Source: Candidatus Kerfeldbacteria bacterium (GTDB lineage Bacteria; Patescibacteriota; Patescibacteriia; SBBC01; CAIJZX01). Taken from it: a DNA stretch of 64,000 bases. Shown one piece after another: positions 18,946-29,571 of the stretch. Numbering within the stretch: position 1 is the first letter of the stretch; each line of letters begins with the position of its first letter. The translations under genes and the position numbers were made by a program. The notes under the pieces were generated by a model that was not told the DNA's origin, made no database searches, and saw only the letters and a list, made by a program, of their open reading frames with translations. Where the stretch lies: contig JACPSJ010000005.1 in NCBI GenBank assembly GCA_016193315.1, positions 68 to 64,067 of the forward strand, written 5' to 3'.

Positions 18946-19058
18946 CGTTTTCGTTGCCTTCCCCGCAGGGCTGACCAGCACCAGAGACCCTTCACTTCGT
19001 CCCGGTGCGCTTCGCCATCGGGACTTCGTTCAGGGATGCAAAAAACCTGACCGCTGGG

Positions 19059-19706
19059 TCAGGCTACCTCTTCGAGCGATTCGAGCCACCGTTTGCGGTT
19101 GAAATCGGGTAGGAATTTTGGCAGACCACGGAGCCATAGCTCGGTGTACTCAGGATGTGTGGCGAGGTAATGGAGCTCGTCCGGCTTCACGATTTCTGGC
19201 CGACCGAGTCCATAAAAACTACCAAAGGTTACGTCGGCCGGCGGCACCAGCTCGGGGATACTGACGAAAGAAACCCGAAGTACAGCTGAGTGCGTTGTCT
19301 CTTGAACTGCCACCACCCAACCGGATTTCCAGTGGTATTTGAACGTGCCCGGATCGACACAGCGAATGGGGTCGGCTAGCGTACACCAAGCGCGGGACCG
19401 CAGTGCTGGCAAGACCGGAAAATCAGCGGCCACTTTGGCCAAGTCACGGACCCGCCGAATACACCGGAGAATCGGCACCAGAACGATCGGCGTCCGCGTC
19501 CATCCTGGCCTCCCGGCCCTGGCTCTCGCCATGGCGCGACGCTCCTCCTTCTCGTCTCGCCGCAACCTGGCCACAATGGCGTTGAGATTGCCCCGGCCGA
19601 GAGCAAAGAGTGCGTCGTCGCTGGCCTGAGAAATACCGTTGTACCCCCAACCTCCCTGCAGCCGGTCAAGCAGACCGCTGACTTGTTCATCAATCGTGCC
19701 TACCAT
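19059..19706 (-). CDS. hypothetical protein
   Basis: AGGAGG SD; TTGACA-18-TAGGCT promoter at 19797-19826. Confidence 0.65.
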   Translation of the reverse strand: MVGTIDEQVSGLLDRLQGGWGYNGISQASDDALFALGRGNLNAIVARLRRDEKEERRAMARARAGRPGWTRTPIVLVPILRCIRRVRDLAKVAADFPVLPALRSRAWCTLADPIRCVDPGTFKYHWKSGWVVAVQETTHSAVLRVSFVSIPELVPPADVTFGSFYGLGRPEIVKPDELHYLATHPEYTELWLRGLPKFLPDFNRKRWLESLEEVA

Positions 19707-19883
19707 GACGGATCCTCCTCTGTTTCCTTGGCCGTTCCGTGCGGAACTGCGCCAAGGACGATCCTGGGTTCGGCCAGACTGGAAAGGGCTGTCGGCAGCC
19801 TAACGGACGCTGGGTTGCAATGTCAAGTGCTTCCGTAGTCAAGATCCGCCGGTTATACTGTTGAGGCCTAGACGACGTTCGCC

Positions 19884-20777
19884 TTGCCTACATCCCTGGT
19901 ACTACTAAGCGCCTTCATCGCCCTCCTGGCCTGGGGCGTTGGCGATTTTCTGATTCAACGAACCGTTCGGCGTATCGGTTCGCTTGAGGCCTTGTTTTTC
20001 ATAGGTCTTTTTGGTGGTATTGTCCTCGCCCCCTTCGGCGCCCGCGACGCCATGGCGGCTCTGGGCCACCTGCCAGCGGCCAAATTGCTCTGGGGCACAC
20101 TCGCGATCACTATCCTGTCATCGATGGTCGAGTTCGAGGCCTTCCGCCGGGGCAAGCTGGCCGTCATCGAACCGGTCATCAGCGCTGAGCTCATCTTCAC
20201 CATCATCATCGCCCTGGTTCTGCTGGGCGAGCAGATCACCGGTTGGCAAACCCTGTTTACCGTCGGCGTGGTCGTCGGAGTAACGCTGACGATCATCCGC
20301 CATAGTCATCGTCGCTGGTGGCAATTGTGGCAGCGACAAAGCATTCTTGAAACCGGAGTTTACCTCGGTATCTTCGCGGCCCTGGGTATGGCGGTGGCTA
20401 ACGTCTTAACTGGGCTGGCCAGTCGGGTGACGACGCCGCTGGCCACAATTTGGTTCGCTTTCTCCGGCCTGGCGGTTTTCACCTTCATCATTCTCGTTAT
20501 CCGTCGTCGGGCCCGGGCCCTGGTAAAGCAGGCGGTCAATCACTGGCCGTTGATTCTTAGCGAGAGCGCCTTTGACACGGCCGCCTGGCTGGCCTACGCC
20601 GTGGTCGTCACCGAGCTGCCAATCGCCATCACCATCGCCATCACCGAAAGTTATGTCGCCTTGGCCGCCATCCTCGGGATGTACTTCAACCGCGAACGGC
20701 TGCAAAGCCACCAGCGTTTAGGCGTGGCCGTGGCTCTCGGTTCGGCCATCATCCTGGCTGCGGTCAGCGCGCGGTAG
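19884..20777 (+). CDS. DMT/EamA family transporter
   Basis: About 10 TM helices in two EamA repeats (AWGVGDF, LLGEQI, NRERL). Confidence 0.85.
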   Translation: MPTSLVLLSAFIALLAWGVGDFLIQRTVRRIGSLEALFFIGLFGGIVLAPFGARDAMAALGHLPAAKLLWGTLAITILSSMVEFEAFRRGKLAVIEPVISAELIFTIIIALVLLGEQITGWQTLFTVGVVVGVTLTIIRHSHRRWWQLWQRQSILETGVYLGIFAALGMAVANVLTGLASRVTTPLATIWFAFSGLAVFTFIILVIRRRARALVKQAVNHWPLILSESAFDTAAWLAYAVVVTELPIAITIAITESYVALAAILGMYFNRERLQSHQRLGVAVALGSAIILAAVSAR

Positions 20778-20833
20778 ACTCAGTGTTGATCACCCAGTTT
20801 GACAGGCGATCAAGCGATGGCTACCCTTAGCCC

Positions 20834-21874
20834 ATGTTACGACCGCCCCATTGGCTGCTGACATTGGCCAGCCTTGGCATTGGACTGGCGGCTATTCAGG
20901 CCCTGGCCGTCGGTTCTGGCAGCGGCGGCACGGTGCCGAGTTGCAGCGCTGACACTTGGAGCTGCTCTGATTGGGGATCGTGTTCAAACACTGGTATTCA
21001 AACTCGCACCTGCTCGCTGACCTACGACTGCGGTTCGGCCACTACGCCGCGCCCGGCCGTAGAACAACGGTGCACCCCACCGGCCAGCCCGCGTCAAACA
21101 ACCAACCAAGCAACCACTAACGCTAACCAACAAAACACTAACGCCGCGACCAGCCCAAACACCAATATCGGTTCAGCCTGCACTCAAGATACATGGACCT
21201 GTGGTGACTGGACGTCGACCTGTGACAGCCAGGGCCGTCAATCACGACAATGTTCAGTCAGCAACGACTGCCCATCCGTAGCTACCCCGCCCCCGGAGCA
21301 ATTCCGTCCCTGCCAAGCGCTCCAGTGTAGCAGTAAATCAACATTGCGCGACCGGGTTTTCTGCCGCCTCAACCTGGCGCCGGAAGGCTTGGCTCGCGAA
21401 TTAGCCATTGAGTTCTTGCCGGAGGAGTGCCGGGTCCTGGTGGACCAGTCGACGCGTCAAGAATGTATCCAATACTACCGCAACTATCAACCGTGCTGGA
21501 CGCTGCCGGCCGGCGAGAACCGTTTTTCCTGCGCCAAGAACGTCCTCAAGGTTGGGCCGATTGTCAGTCAAGAAGTTAGAAGCTGCCAAGGGAAGACCGG
21601 TCAGGAGCAAGTAACTTGTAAATCGGCTATCCGTGAAAAGGTTTTTGACCTCATCAAGTTTCGTTTCTACGATCTTGAGCAGCGGGCCGAAGTGCTCGGT
21701 GATCGCGGGGTTGACCTCAGTACGATCGCCGACTTCGTGACCGCCGTCGAGCAGAAAAAACAGGCTTTCAACCAGGCGGCTTCGAAAGACGAGCGTCGCC
21801 AGATTATCCTCGATGTTCGCCAAGCCTGGCAGACATTCATTGACCAAGCCAAAACTCAACTCCACCTGTCATGA
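20834..21874 (+). CDS. secreted Cys-rich protein with two thrombospondin type-1-like repeats
   Basis: Signal peptide; WSCSDWGSCS...QTRTC and WTCGDWTSTC...QSRQC separated by a T/N linker. Confidence 0.75.
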   Translation: MLRPPHWLLTLASLGIGLAAIQALAVGSGSGGTVPSCSADTWSCSDWGSCSNTGIQTRTCSLTYDCGSATTPRPAVEQRCTPPASPRQTTNQATTNANQQNTNAATSPNTNIGSACTQDTWTCGDWTSTCDSQGRQSRQCSVSNDCPSVATPPPEQFRPCQALQCSSKSTLRDRVFCRLNLAPEGLARELAIEFLPEECRVLVDQSTRQECIQYYRNYQPCWTLPAGENRFSCAKNVLKVGPIVSQEVRSCQGKTGQEQVTCKSAIREKVFDLIKFRFYDLEQRAEVLGDRGVDLSTIADFVTAVEQKKQAFNQAASKDERRQIILDVRQAWQTFIDQAKTQLHLS

Positions 21875-22086
21875 GCCGCACGGCGTGGATTATCATTTCC
21901 ATTCTGGCTGTCCTGGTCTTCAGCGCCGTCCTGACCTACATGTGGCTGTACCCGGCCAGAGTGGAAACCAATGTCACGAATGGTCCGCTTGTCAACCGAT
22001 CCACGAACACCAATCAGCCGACCACCACTCTCGACACCAACGACTACCTAGACGAGGCGTTACAGGACCTGGACGCGGTTGAGTAG
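21871..22086 (+). CDS. small membrane-anchored protein
   Basis: ATGA overlap; one TM helix and a T/N-rich tail. Confidence 0.65.
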   Translation: MSRTAWIIISILAVLVFSAVLTYMWLYPARVETNVTNGPLVNRSTNTNQPTTTLDTNDYLDEALQDLDAVE

Positions 22087-22206
22087 CGCGGCACCACACC
22101 ATGAAGCTCCTCTCCTCCCCCGAGGAGAGACGGGGTGAGGAGATGACGAGCGGCGCCGCGCCCACGGCCCTTTCCTTTTTCGTTTCCGCCCGCTAGAGTA
22201 ACTGAG

Positions 22207-23673
22207 ATGATGAGCTCCGCGACACAACTGGAGACCGCCCAAGTCGTCCACGCTATCGCCGCCGCAGTCAAGAATCGCGGCGGCCGGGCCCTGCTTGTTG
22301 GCGGTTCAGTTCGCGATGAACTGCTTGGTTTACCGCGTAAAGATTACGATTTGGAAATTTTTGGCCTCGATCCGGCGGCGATCGAACCCCTGGTCCGTCA
22401 ACATGGACCGGTTGAGGAAGTCGGCCGCGCCTTCGGCATCCTCAAGCTCCGGGTCGGCGTCAGTGAGATTGATGTGGCGGCGCCGCGCCGCGAGTCAAAG
22501 GTCGGCCCAGGCCACAAAGGATTTGCTGTGGCCACCGATCCGACGATGAAGCCCGCCGAGGCGGCGCGGCGCCGCGATTTCACCATCAACGCCATCGCTA
22601 AAGATCCGCTGACCGACGAACTCATCGATCCTTTCGGCGGCCAAAAAGACCTAGTTGACAAAACTCTTCGGCTCGTTGACGAGCGGTCGTTCGGTGATGA
22701 TCCGCTTCGCGTCTTACGCGCTTTTCAGTTTGCGGGGCGGTTCGGGCTGAACATCGAGAACAACACCGCCGCGGTTCTCGAACAGATGGTGCCAGCGGTG
22801 GCTGAACTGCCGCCTGATCGTCTCTATGCCGAGTGGCGAAAGTTGTTTCTTCTCTCCCCGCGACCCTCGCTCGGTTTGGAACTAGCCCGACGGGTTGGCT
22901 ACTTCGACCGTTTCGCGCCGATCATCGCTAAGCTCAAGGACACGCTGCAAGAACCGACGTTCCACCCTGAAGGCGATGTCTGGGCGCATACCATGCTGGT
23001 GGTCGATGATACCAAGCGCCTGGTTGACCGCTCGGACCTGCCGGATGACGAACGGCTGATGGTCATGCTTACCGCTTTTGGCCACGACGTTGGCAAGGCG
23101 CTCACCACTCGACCGATTGACGGCAAAATCAGATCTTTTGGTCACGCTGAAGCCGGCGTCGGCGTGATGGCGGATTTCCTTGAACACCAGGGGTTTCCCG
23201 CCCACCTCGTTGAACGCGTCAAACCACTCATCCGCGAACACATGATGGCCGACATACTCTTCGCGGCCGAACAGCGGGGGCCGGGGCCAGTCAAGGACGG
23301 CGCCGTCCGGCGCTTGATCAACCGTCTCCATCCGGCCAGCCTGGAACAATTGCTGCTTGTCACCGAAGGCGACATCCTCGGTCGAGGGCGATTGCCCGAT
23401 GATCGCTATGCTCATCCGGAAAACATCGCCGCCCTGAAAAACTGGTGGCGCGGGCGGGTGGCAAAACTGAAACTGCAAAAAGGACCGGTCCCGATCATTC
23501 AGGGGCGGGACTTGATATCCCTCGGCTGGTCGCCGGGACCGATCTTCGGTCGAATCATCAAGGCGGCTGAAAAGCTGGCTGAGGAAAAAAGCTATGATCG
23601 GGAGAAGATTCTGGACCTTCTACGATCCGCTGACTCGCCCGACCAAGCCCTTGAAAGATTTCCGCCGCCTTAG
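22207..23673 (+). CDS. cca: CCA tRNA nucleotidyltransferase with HD domain
   Basis: VGGSVRD...[35 protein letters not shown]. Confidence 0.88.
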   Translation: MMSSATQLETAQVVHAIAAAVKNRGGRALLVGGSVRDELLGLPRKDYDLEIFGLDPAAIEPLVRQHGPVEEVGRAFGILKLRVGVSEIDVAAPRRESKVGPGHKGFAVATDPTMKPAEAARRRDFTINAIAKDPLTDELIDPFGGQKDLVDKTLRLVDERSFGDDPLRVLRAFQFAGRFGLNIENNTAAVLEQMVPAVAELPPDRLYAEWRKLFLLSPRPSLGLELARRVGYFDRFAPIIAKLKDTLQEPTFHPEGDVWAHTMLVVDDTKRLVDRSDLPDDERLMVMLTAFGHDVGKALTTRPIDGKIRSFGHAEAGVGVMADFLEHQGFPAHLVERVKPLIREHMMADILFAAEQRGPGPVKDGAVRRLINRLHPASLEQLLLVTEGDILGRGRLPDDRYAHPENIAALKNWWRGRVAKLKLQKGPVPIIQGRDLISLGWSPGPIFGRIIKAAEKLAEEKSYDREKILDLLRSADSPDQALERFPPP

Positions 23674-23834
23674 AACTCATTTCAAAACCTGCTTTCCGGG
23701 CGAAATGGCAGATTTCGCGGGCGCGGCGCCGCGGCGGAGGGTGAAATGTATTTGGAGATACACTGAACCCGAGCCGCCAGCCGGAGCCCGAAATCGGGCC
23801 TGGCAGCCGAAATGAGGTTTTGAAATGAGTTCTA
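23671..23834. mobile_element. MITE-like palindromic element
   Basis: Perfect 20-bp TIR TAGAACTCATTTCAAAACCT/AGGTTTTGAAATGAGTTCTA between convergent genes. Confidence 0.7.
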
Positions 23835-25058
23835 GCGTGGTTCAAGCTGCCAACTCGGCAACCATCGCCGCAGTTGATGTTCGGTGTGACTCAACGGAAA
23901 GCTGAGATACCACGGCAAAAACCATACGAAAATGAGTCCAGCCACCACCACGTAACTCACGACCCATCGTCGATGGCGACCCCAGACGCGGCTCAAAATG
24001 ATAGACGCGAGTAAAGTCAAGAACAGCCCAAAGGGCATGGCGTGGTAGCTGTACATTATGCGCTGAATAAAGACGAAAGGAATCCAGGCGAAGAGGAGGA
24101 ACAAATTCAGTCCTCTCAGCACCGGATCGCGCCAGCCGCGGACGAGGCTGTAGAGCAAAAACATCGCCCCCGTCCACCATACCCACGGATTCGGCAGCGA
24201 AACGATAGCGCTAATGCTGGATCCGACCGGCTGGGCCCAGTAGACGAAGGGTTTCCACAGCAACAGCCAGCCCCACCACGGCTGGGCGTAGAGGCCACCG
24301 TGCGACGGCACAGACAAATGGTAGTTCAGCATCTGGGCGTTGGTTTTGAAAAACGTATCGGTCACGCCCAACCAGCCGAAATGCCGGAGGAAAACAAGCC
24401 AGTAGATCACGGCGGGAAGAAAAATAAGACCGCCGAGTGCAGTTAACCACGTCCACAACGGTTGCTCAGGATTTTTTGTTTGCCCGAACAGTTTCGGCCA
24501 AATCCACAGCAGAATAGTTGGGGTCGTCATGAGCAGCGCTAACCACTTAACCGACACTGCCGCCCCGATCATTACTCCGGCGGCCAACAACCACCAGCCG
24601 GGCCGCCGTACTTCTAACCCTTTGAGCGTGCACCCTAGCGCGGTCAGGCCGTACAGAATGTAGGGAATATTGATCAGCCCCAGCCGCGATTCGACCAGCG
24701 TCAGCCCGTCAAGCAGCACCAGTGCCGCGCCTAGATTCGCCGCCACTCGGTTTCGGGTGAACCGCCACGCCAGCCACCATAACAGCGGCACCAGCAGTGC
24801 GCCTTCAATAGCGTTGAGGATTCTCCACGTCAACGGCGTGAATCCAAACAGCGTGAAGACTGTGCCGAGTTGTTCCTTGCCAAGCGGTGGGTGTGGATCG
24901 AAGTAGGGGTGGCCGAGAACATAATTGTAGCCGTCGTTGACGAAAAACACTTCGTCGCTGACGAGTTGCGGTGGTTGATCAAGTTGCCATAAGTGCATCC
25001 CCAGCGCGATCAGAAAACCGAGCCAGGGGACCACGTACTTTCTCCAGCTGTTAGTCAT
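23832..25058 (-). CDS. dolichyl-phosphate-mannose-protein mannosyltransferase (PMT, GT39)
   Basis: SDEVFF, DPHPPLGK, ESRLGL, VKW, NPWVWW, YSYH motifs; multi-TM. Confidence 0.88.
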   Translation of the reverse strand: MTNSWRKYVVPWLGFLIALGMHLWQLDQPPQLVSDEVFFVNDGYNYVLGHPYFDPHPPLGKEQLGTVFTLFGFTPLTWRILNAIEGALLVPLLWWLAWRFTRNRVAANLGAALVLLDGLTLVESRLGLINIPYILYGLTALGCTLKGLEVRRPGWWLLAAGVMIGAAVSVKWLALLMTTPTILLWIWPKLFGQTKNPEQPLWTWLTALGGLIFLPAVIYWLVFLRHFGWLGVTDTFFKTNAQMLNYHLSVPSHGGLYAQPWWGWLLLWKPFVYWAQPVGSSISAIVSLPNPWVWWTGAMFLLYSLVRGWRDPVLRGLNLFLLFAWIPFVFIQRIMYSYHAMPFGLFLTLLASIILSRVWGRHRRWVVSYVVVAGLIFVWFLPWYLSFPLSHTEHQLRRWLPSWQLEPR

Positions 25059-25109
25059 CACGAGCAGTATAGCAAACAAGGCTGGTGATGATGGCCTTCT
25101 GCCCACATG

Positions 25110-25282
25110 AAATTCCAAATCACAAATTCTAAGCTCCAAGGAGGCTCCAATGAACAAAATTCTAATGACCGAAAGAAATTCTGGCTGGTACAAAAGTTCA
25201 ATATTGAACTTCGGGAATTTGGACATTTGGGCATTGGAATTTTGGATTTATTTGGGATTTAGTGCTTGGAATTTGGAATTTC
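25110..25282. repeat. palindromic degenerate heptamer repeat
   Basis: AAATTCCAAATCACAAATTCTAAG... mirrored by ...TTGGAATTTGGAATTTC. Confidence 0.65.
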
Positions 25283-25380
25283 TACCACGCAAAAATAACT
25301 TCAAATGGATCTTGCAATCCAACTCTAATTTCGAGCGTGAGTAGATGGACGAGTGTGCCGAAATATGGTATCATCCGCTC

Positions 25381-26262
25381 ATGCCGAAAAAATCAAAGCG
25401 GCAAAAAATACGAAAAGCGGTTATCCCGGTGGCCGGTTTTGGTACTCGCTTCTTGCCCGCCACTATCGCCCAGCCGAAAGAAATGTTGACCGTCGTCGAC
25501 AAGCCGGTTATTCAGTACATCGTCGAGGAGATGGCGGCCGCCGGGATCGAAGAAATTATCTTTGTCACTGGACGTAACAAGCGGGCGATCGAAGATCATT
25601 TTGATTACTCGCCGGAACTCGAGCAATCGCTGCGCGAAAGCCACAAACCCGAGCTGCTGAACGAAGTCCATCGGATTTCAAAACTGGCCAAGTTCGTCTA
25701 TGTCCGTCAGAGCAAGATGCTCGGCATCGCCAATGCCCTCTATATGGCCAAAGAACTGATTGGCGACGAGCCGTTTGCTTTTTCTTATGGTGATGACATC
25801 ATCCACGCCCGCACGCCGGCCATCAAACAGCTTTTCGACACCTACCGACGCACGCGGTCAACCGTCACCGGGACGATGAAGGTCAGCCCCGACCTGGCTC
25901 ACCGTTATGGCATCATGCAGCCCCTCGGGCGCGTCACCGGCAAAACATTCCGGATCAAATCGATCATCGAAAAGCCAAAGGGTTCGCCGCCATCACTCCA
26001 TTTCAGCCCCGGCCGGTACGTCTTCACGCCCGACATTTTCCGTTACATCGAAAAAACGAAACCGACGATCAATGGTGAAGTATTCCTGGTCGAATCGGTC
26101 AACCTCTTGGCCCGCCGACGCCCGGTCTACGCTCATCAAATGAGCGGCCGCTACTTCGATTGCGGCAGCAAGCGCGAGTACGTCAAGGCCAATATTTATT
26201 TCGCCCTGCAGCACCGCGAACTCCGCCACGACATCCGAGCCTATCTCCGCAAACCCGGCTAG
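25381..26262 (+). CDS. galU: UTP-glucose-1-phosphate uridylyltransferase
   Basis: KAVIPVAGFGTRFLPAT...PKEML.VVDKPVIQY. Confidence 0.92.
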   Translation: MPKKSKRQKIRKAVIPVAGFGTRFLPATIAQPKEMLTVVDKPVIQYIVEEMAAAGIEEIIFVTGRNKRAIEDHFDYSPELEQSLRESHKPELLNEVHRISKLAKFVYVRQSKMLGIANALYMAKELIGDEPFAFSYGDDIIHARTPAIKQLFDTYRRTRSTVTGTMKVSPDLAHRYGIMQPLGRVTGKTFRIKSIIEKPKGSPPSLHFSPGRYVFTPDIFRYIEKTKPTINGEVFLVESVNLLARRRPVYAHQMSGRYFDCGSKREYVKANIYFALQHRELRHDIRAYLRKPG

Positions 26263-26307
26263 CCATCGGATCCACTAGTCAACCAATAGCCTAATCAACT
26301 AAACTCT

Positions 26308-27678
26308 ATGCGCCGCGTCCTAATCATCGTCGCTATTCTCCTGGTCCCACTGGTGCCAATTGTGCTCGTGGTCAGTGGGGTCTTAAAGACCAAGCCGCGG
26401 ACCATCCCGCCGGTAGCGATCACCATTTGGGGCACCGACGATCCAGCCACCGCCTTCACCACCCTGATCGCCAAGTACCAACAGACACGGCCGTACGCCA
26501 AGATTACCTACCAGCAAGTTCGGCCAGAGGATTATGTTAATCAGCTGCTCAGCGCCTGGGCCCAGGGAACCGGTCCGGATTTGTTCTTCGTGCCCCAGAC
26601 CTGGGTTGGTCAGATGGCCCAGTACGCCACCCCCATGCCGGCTCAGCTCGGTGTGTCGCTGGTCCAGTCCGGCGGCGGGATATTCCGGAGTAGCACCAAA
26701 ATTGTCCAGCAGCAACAGCCGGCCCCAACGACCGACGCCTTACGCCGCACGTTCGTCGACGTTGTTATTAACGACCTGGTCATCGATGGCCAGGTGTGGG
26801 GGCTACCGCTGGCGATGGACACGCTGGTGCTGTACTACAACAAAGACTTACTCAACAACGCCAAGGTGTTTGAGCCGGCCAAAATCTGGGGCGACCTGCT
26901 CAGTCAGATTGAATCCAACCGCCTGACCATCACCGATGAGCGCGAGGCCCTGATCCAGTCCGGCGTCGCCTTGGGGACCGTCGACAATCTCCCGCATGCC
27001 ATCGACTTGCTAACGCTGCTGATGCTCCAGAACGGCATGCCTGAGGTATCGACCAAGAACATGGTTCGGTTCGGAGAGCAGGCCAAGACGGCGCTCGACT
27101 TCTTCCTCAGCTTCGCCAATCCCAAGAAAGTCGCCTACAGTTGGAATGTCAGTCAGCCGAATGCGCGCGAAGCCTTTCTGGCCGGCAAGGTAGCCTACTA
27201 CTTTGGTACCTTAGCCGATCGGCCGTCGATCGCCGGCGGTAACCTCAACTGGGGGCTGGGCCAGATGCTCCACCTTAGCCTGGACGGTGACCGTGATGGT
27301 GCCACCGGACAGACGCGTTTTATCGACCGCGCTCAATATCAGACGCTGATGGTCTCAAAAGCCAGCGCCCTGGGTCAAAAGTCGACCTTGGCTTGGAACA
27401 TCCTTTACTTCTTTTCACGGGGGGAGAACGTCCCGCTCTATCTCCAGGCCACCGGCCGGCTAGCAGCCATCAAGAGCATTCTCGTCGGCCAAAAGGACAA
27501 TCCTGAGCTCGGTCCCTTCGCCGGACAGCTCCTGACCGCCAAAACCTGGTATCACGGCCGCGGCGGCGCGGCGGCTGAAGACTATCTCCGCGCCATGGTC
27601 AAGAGCATTCTCAGCGGTCAAGCCACGGTTGACGAAGCGCTGCTTCTCGCCGCTCAACAAATCGAGTCGACGATATGA
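26308..27678 (+). CDS. membrane-anchored extracellular solute-binding protein (family 1-like)
   Basis: ITIWG, GPDLF, GLPLAMDTLVLYYNKDL. Confidence 0.85.
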   Translation: MRRVLIIVAILLVPLVPIVLVVSGVLKTKPRTIPPVAITIWGTDDPATAFTTLIAKYQQTRPYAKITYQQVRPEDYVNQLLSAWAQGTGPDLFFVPQTWVGQMAQYATPMPAQLGVSLVQSGGGIFRSSTKIVQQQQPAPTTDALRRTFVDVVINDLVIDGQVWGLPLAMDTLVLYYNKDLLNNAKVFEPAKIWGDLLSQIESNRLTITDEREALIQSGVALGTVDNLPHAIDLLTLLMLQNGMPEVSTKNMVRFGEQAKTALDFFLSFANPKKVAYSWNVSQPNAREAFLAGKVAYYFGTLADRPSIAGGNLNWGLGQMLHLSLDGDRDGATGQTRFIDRAQYQTLMVSKASALGQKSTLAWNILYFFSRGENVPLYLQATGRLAAIKSILVGQKDNPELGPFAGQLLTAKTWYHGRGGAAAEDYLRAMVKSILSGQATVDEALLLAAQQIESTI

Positions 27679-28844
27679 AACGACTGAGTTTGGTGCCCTT
27701 GGTGTTGCTTAGCATAACCTGGTTTTTCGTACGACCGGCGGCGGCTCAGAATCCGGACGCCCCGCCGACCGGACCATTGCTCATTTCCTGCGATGATGAG
27801 TTAGACCCGCTGACAAAAGAATTTAAAAACCCCTGCGGGATCGATGACTTCTTCAACCAGTTCGTGGTCTTGGCCCAATTTGGTCTGAGCATTGCTACCA
27901 TTCTGGGCGTGCTGATGCTCGTCTGGGGAGGGGTCCAGTGGATTACGGCCGGTGGGCGGGCTTCGAAAATCGACGAAGGAAAACGCATCCTGGGTGGCAC
28001 CATCATCGGGCTGATCGTCTCCTTCACCGCTTTCGTCATCATCAACTTCGTCGTCGCGTCCATCACCGGCACCACTGCCCGGTCGCTCAATCCGTTTGGC
28101 GGTCCGATCGCCACCATCTTCGGCGGACAGCGGGACTTAGAGAAACCGTTTAGCGGCGGTGGAACTGATTCCACCAGCGATTGCCACAGTCGTTGGGACA
28201 ATAGCTGCAGTGACAAGATTTTCTGCGCCGATGCTAGTCGCCGGACCGGCGCCATCCGCGATCTCCAAACCGCGCTCAACGAGCGAGGCTGCAACTGTGG
28301 CGGGGTTGATGGGTGTTTCGGCTCCAATACCCTCGACTGCGTCCGACGGTTCCAGCTAGCCAATAACCGCCCGCCGACCGGCGAAATTGATCAAGTCACT
28401 CAGCAACTCGTCGCCGGCGGCGGCACAGCCTGCAACGATGCGGCGGTGTCCGCCCGCGTCGAAGCCGTCAGTGCCTTGCTACCTTCCGCTCCGGCCCAGC
28501 GGCCAGCTCGACCCGGATCGGCGACGACCGGATGCTGCATCGTCAAGACGAGCGATGGCGCCTCGCCGCTCTTCTGCGCCGAGTTGATGAGCGAACGCAC
28601 CTGTCTAGCGCTCAGCCGCTCCAATACCTTCGTCCCCGGGGAGCGGTGTCTTCAGAACGCCGAGACGAAAGCGGTTTGCGGCTTCTGCGACAACGGCGGT
28701 GACCGCTGCTTCGCTGAAGCGACTGAGCACTGGTGTAAGAACGTCGTCAGTCCGGCCATTTCCTTTACCCCCGGCGTCTGTCATGGCAACGGCTTGTGTG
28801 ACCGCGGCTGTCAGGATACGCTCTACAATAGTCCATCCATTTAA
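27675..28844 (+). CDS. TrbC/VirB2-like pilin fused to a peptidoglycan-binding domain and a Cys-rich tail
   Basis: LMLVWGGVQWITAGG...GK..L...IIGL; LQTALNERG...VDGCFGSNTLDCVRRFQLAN....TGEID. Confidence 0.8.
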   Translation: MKRLSLVPLVLLSITWFFVRPAAAQNPDAPPTGPLLISCDDELDPLTKEFKNPCGIDDFFNQFVVLAQFGLSIATILGVLMLVWGGVQWITAGGRASKIDEGKRILGGTIIGLIVSFTAFVIINFVVASITGTTARSLNPFGGPIATIFGGQRDLEKPFSGGGTDSTSDCHSRWDNSCSDKIFCADASRRTGAIRDLQTALNERGCNCGGVDGCFGSNTLDCVRRFQLANNRPPTGEIDQVTQQLVAGGGTACNDAAVSARVEAVSALLPSAPAQRPARPGSATTGCCIVKTSDGASPLFCAELMSERTCLALSRSNTFVPGERCLQNAETKAVCGFCDNGGDRCFAEATEHWCKNVVSPAISFTPGVCHGNGLCDRGCQDTLYNSPSI

Positions 28845-28889
28845 CCTGGGTACCGCCGCTCAACTGTGCTACCATACTCTCCGACCACC

Positions 28890-29243
28890 ATGAAACGACT
28901 TCTGTCAGTAGCTCTCCTTCTTGGTTTACTCGTCGCCGCGCCGGTCGGCTTCGCTCAGGGAGATTCAACGTCGTCGACTGGCGTCACCATCCCCAACCCG
29001 ATTCGTTGCAATACTGCCACCTGCTTGATTGGCCAAGTGGTGCGGTACATTCTCGGCGTGATTGCCATTCTGGCCACGCTGATGTTTATCTGGGGTGGGG
29101 TGATGATGTTAACCTCCGGCGGAAACGCCGACCGCGTCCGCCAGGCGAAAGAGACGCTGGCTTGGGCCGCCATCGGCGTTGTCCTCATCCTCATTAGTTG
29201 GGGCATTATTAGGTTCGTCCTCCAGGGGTTGGTAAGTGGCTAG
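28890..29243 (+). CDS. TrbC/VirB2-like pilin
   Basis: Signal peptide; IPNPI; MFIWGGVMMLTSGGNADRVRQAKETLAWAAIG. Confidence 0.85.
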   Translation: MKRLLSVALLLGLLVAAPVGFAQGDSTSSTGVTIPNPIRCNTATCLIGQVVRYILGVIAILATLMFIWGGVMMLTSGGNADRVRQAKETLAWAAIGVVLILISWGIIRFVLQGLVSG

Positions 29244-29258
29244 CCCTGTTAGAGGTGT

Positions 29259-29468
29259 CCTGTTAGAAGCGGATCGGGTCGTGGCTTTCACGGATGAACT
29301 ATGTTATGGCTGGAAGTCTGGTTTCTTGGACCCATGCATATCTGTGCCGCTTCTAACGGGGTGAGGCCCGTTACAGATGGTTAATGAGAAGAAAAACGTG
29401 CCCGCCGCGTTCTGTTGCCTGGTGGGCAGCATAATTTTAAGACCTGTCTCCGGCCATCTGTAACGGGC
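29259..29468. repeat. two tandem ~100-bp TIR-bounded elements (MITE-like)
   Basis: CCTGTTAGAAGCGG/CCGCTTCTAACGGG (29259-29360) and GCCCGTTACAGATGG/CCATCTGTAACGGGC (29366-29468). Confidence 0.6.
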
Positions 29469-29484
29469 TGAGGATAACTTGCAT

Positions 29485-29512
29485 TTGACAATCCGCGGTT
29501 TTTTTGTATAAT
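29485..29512 (+). promoter_or_regulatory. consensus sigma70 promoter for the pilin pair
   Basis: TTGACA-16-TATAAT. Confidence 0.75.
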
Positions 29513-29571
29513 CATGACTGGACTTGTTCCTTAGCCAACAATTTCCATCACCTAACAGCGCTTTTCCGCTT

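Noticed and set aside
18573-19050. ORFs 18573..18995 (-) and 18697..19050 (+), or a tmRNA
   Set aside because: Low-complexity translations crossing a terminator; no tRNA-like tmRNA ends
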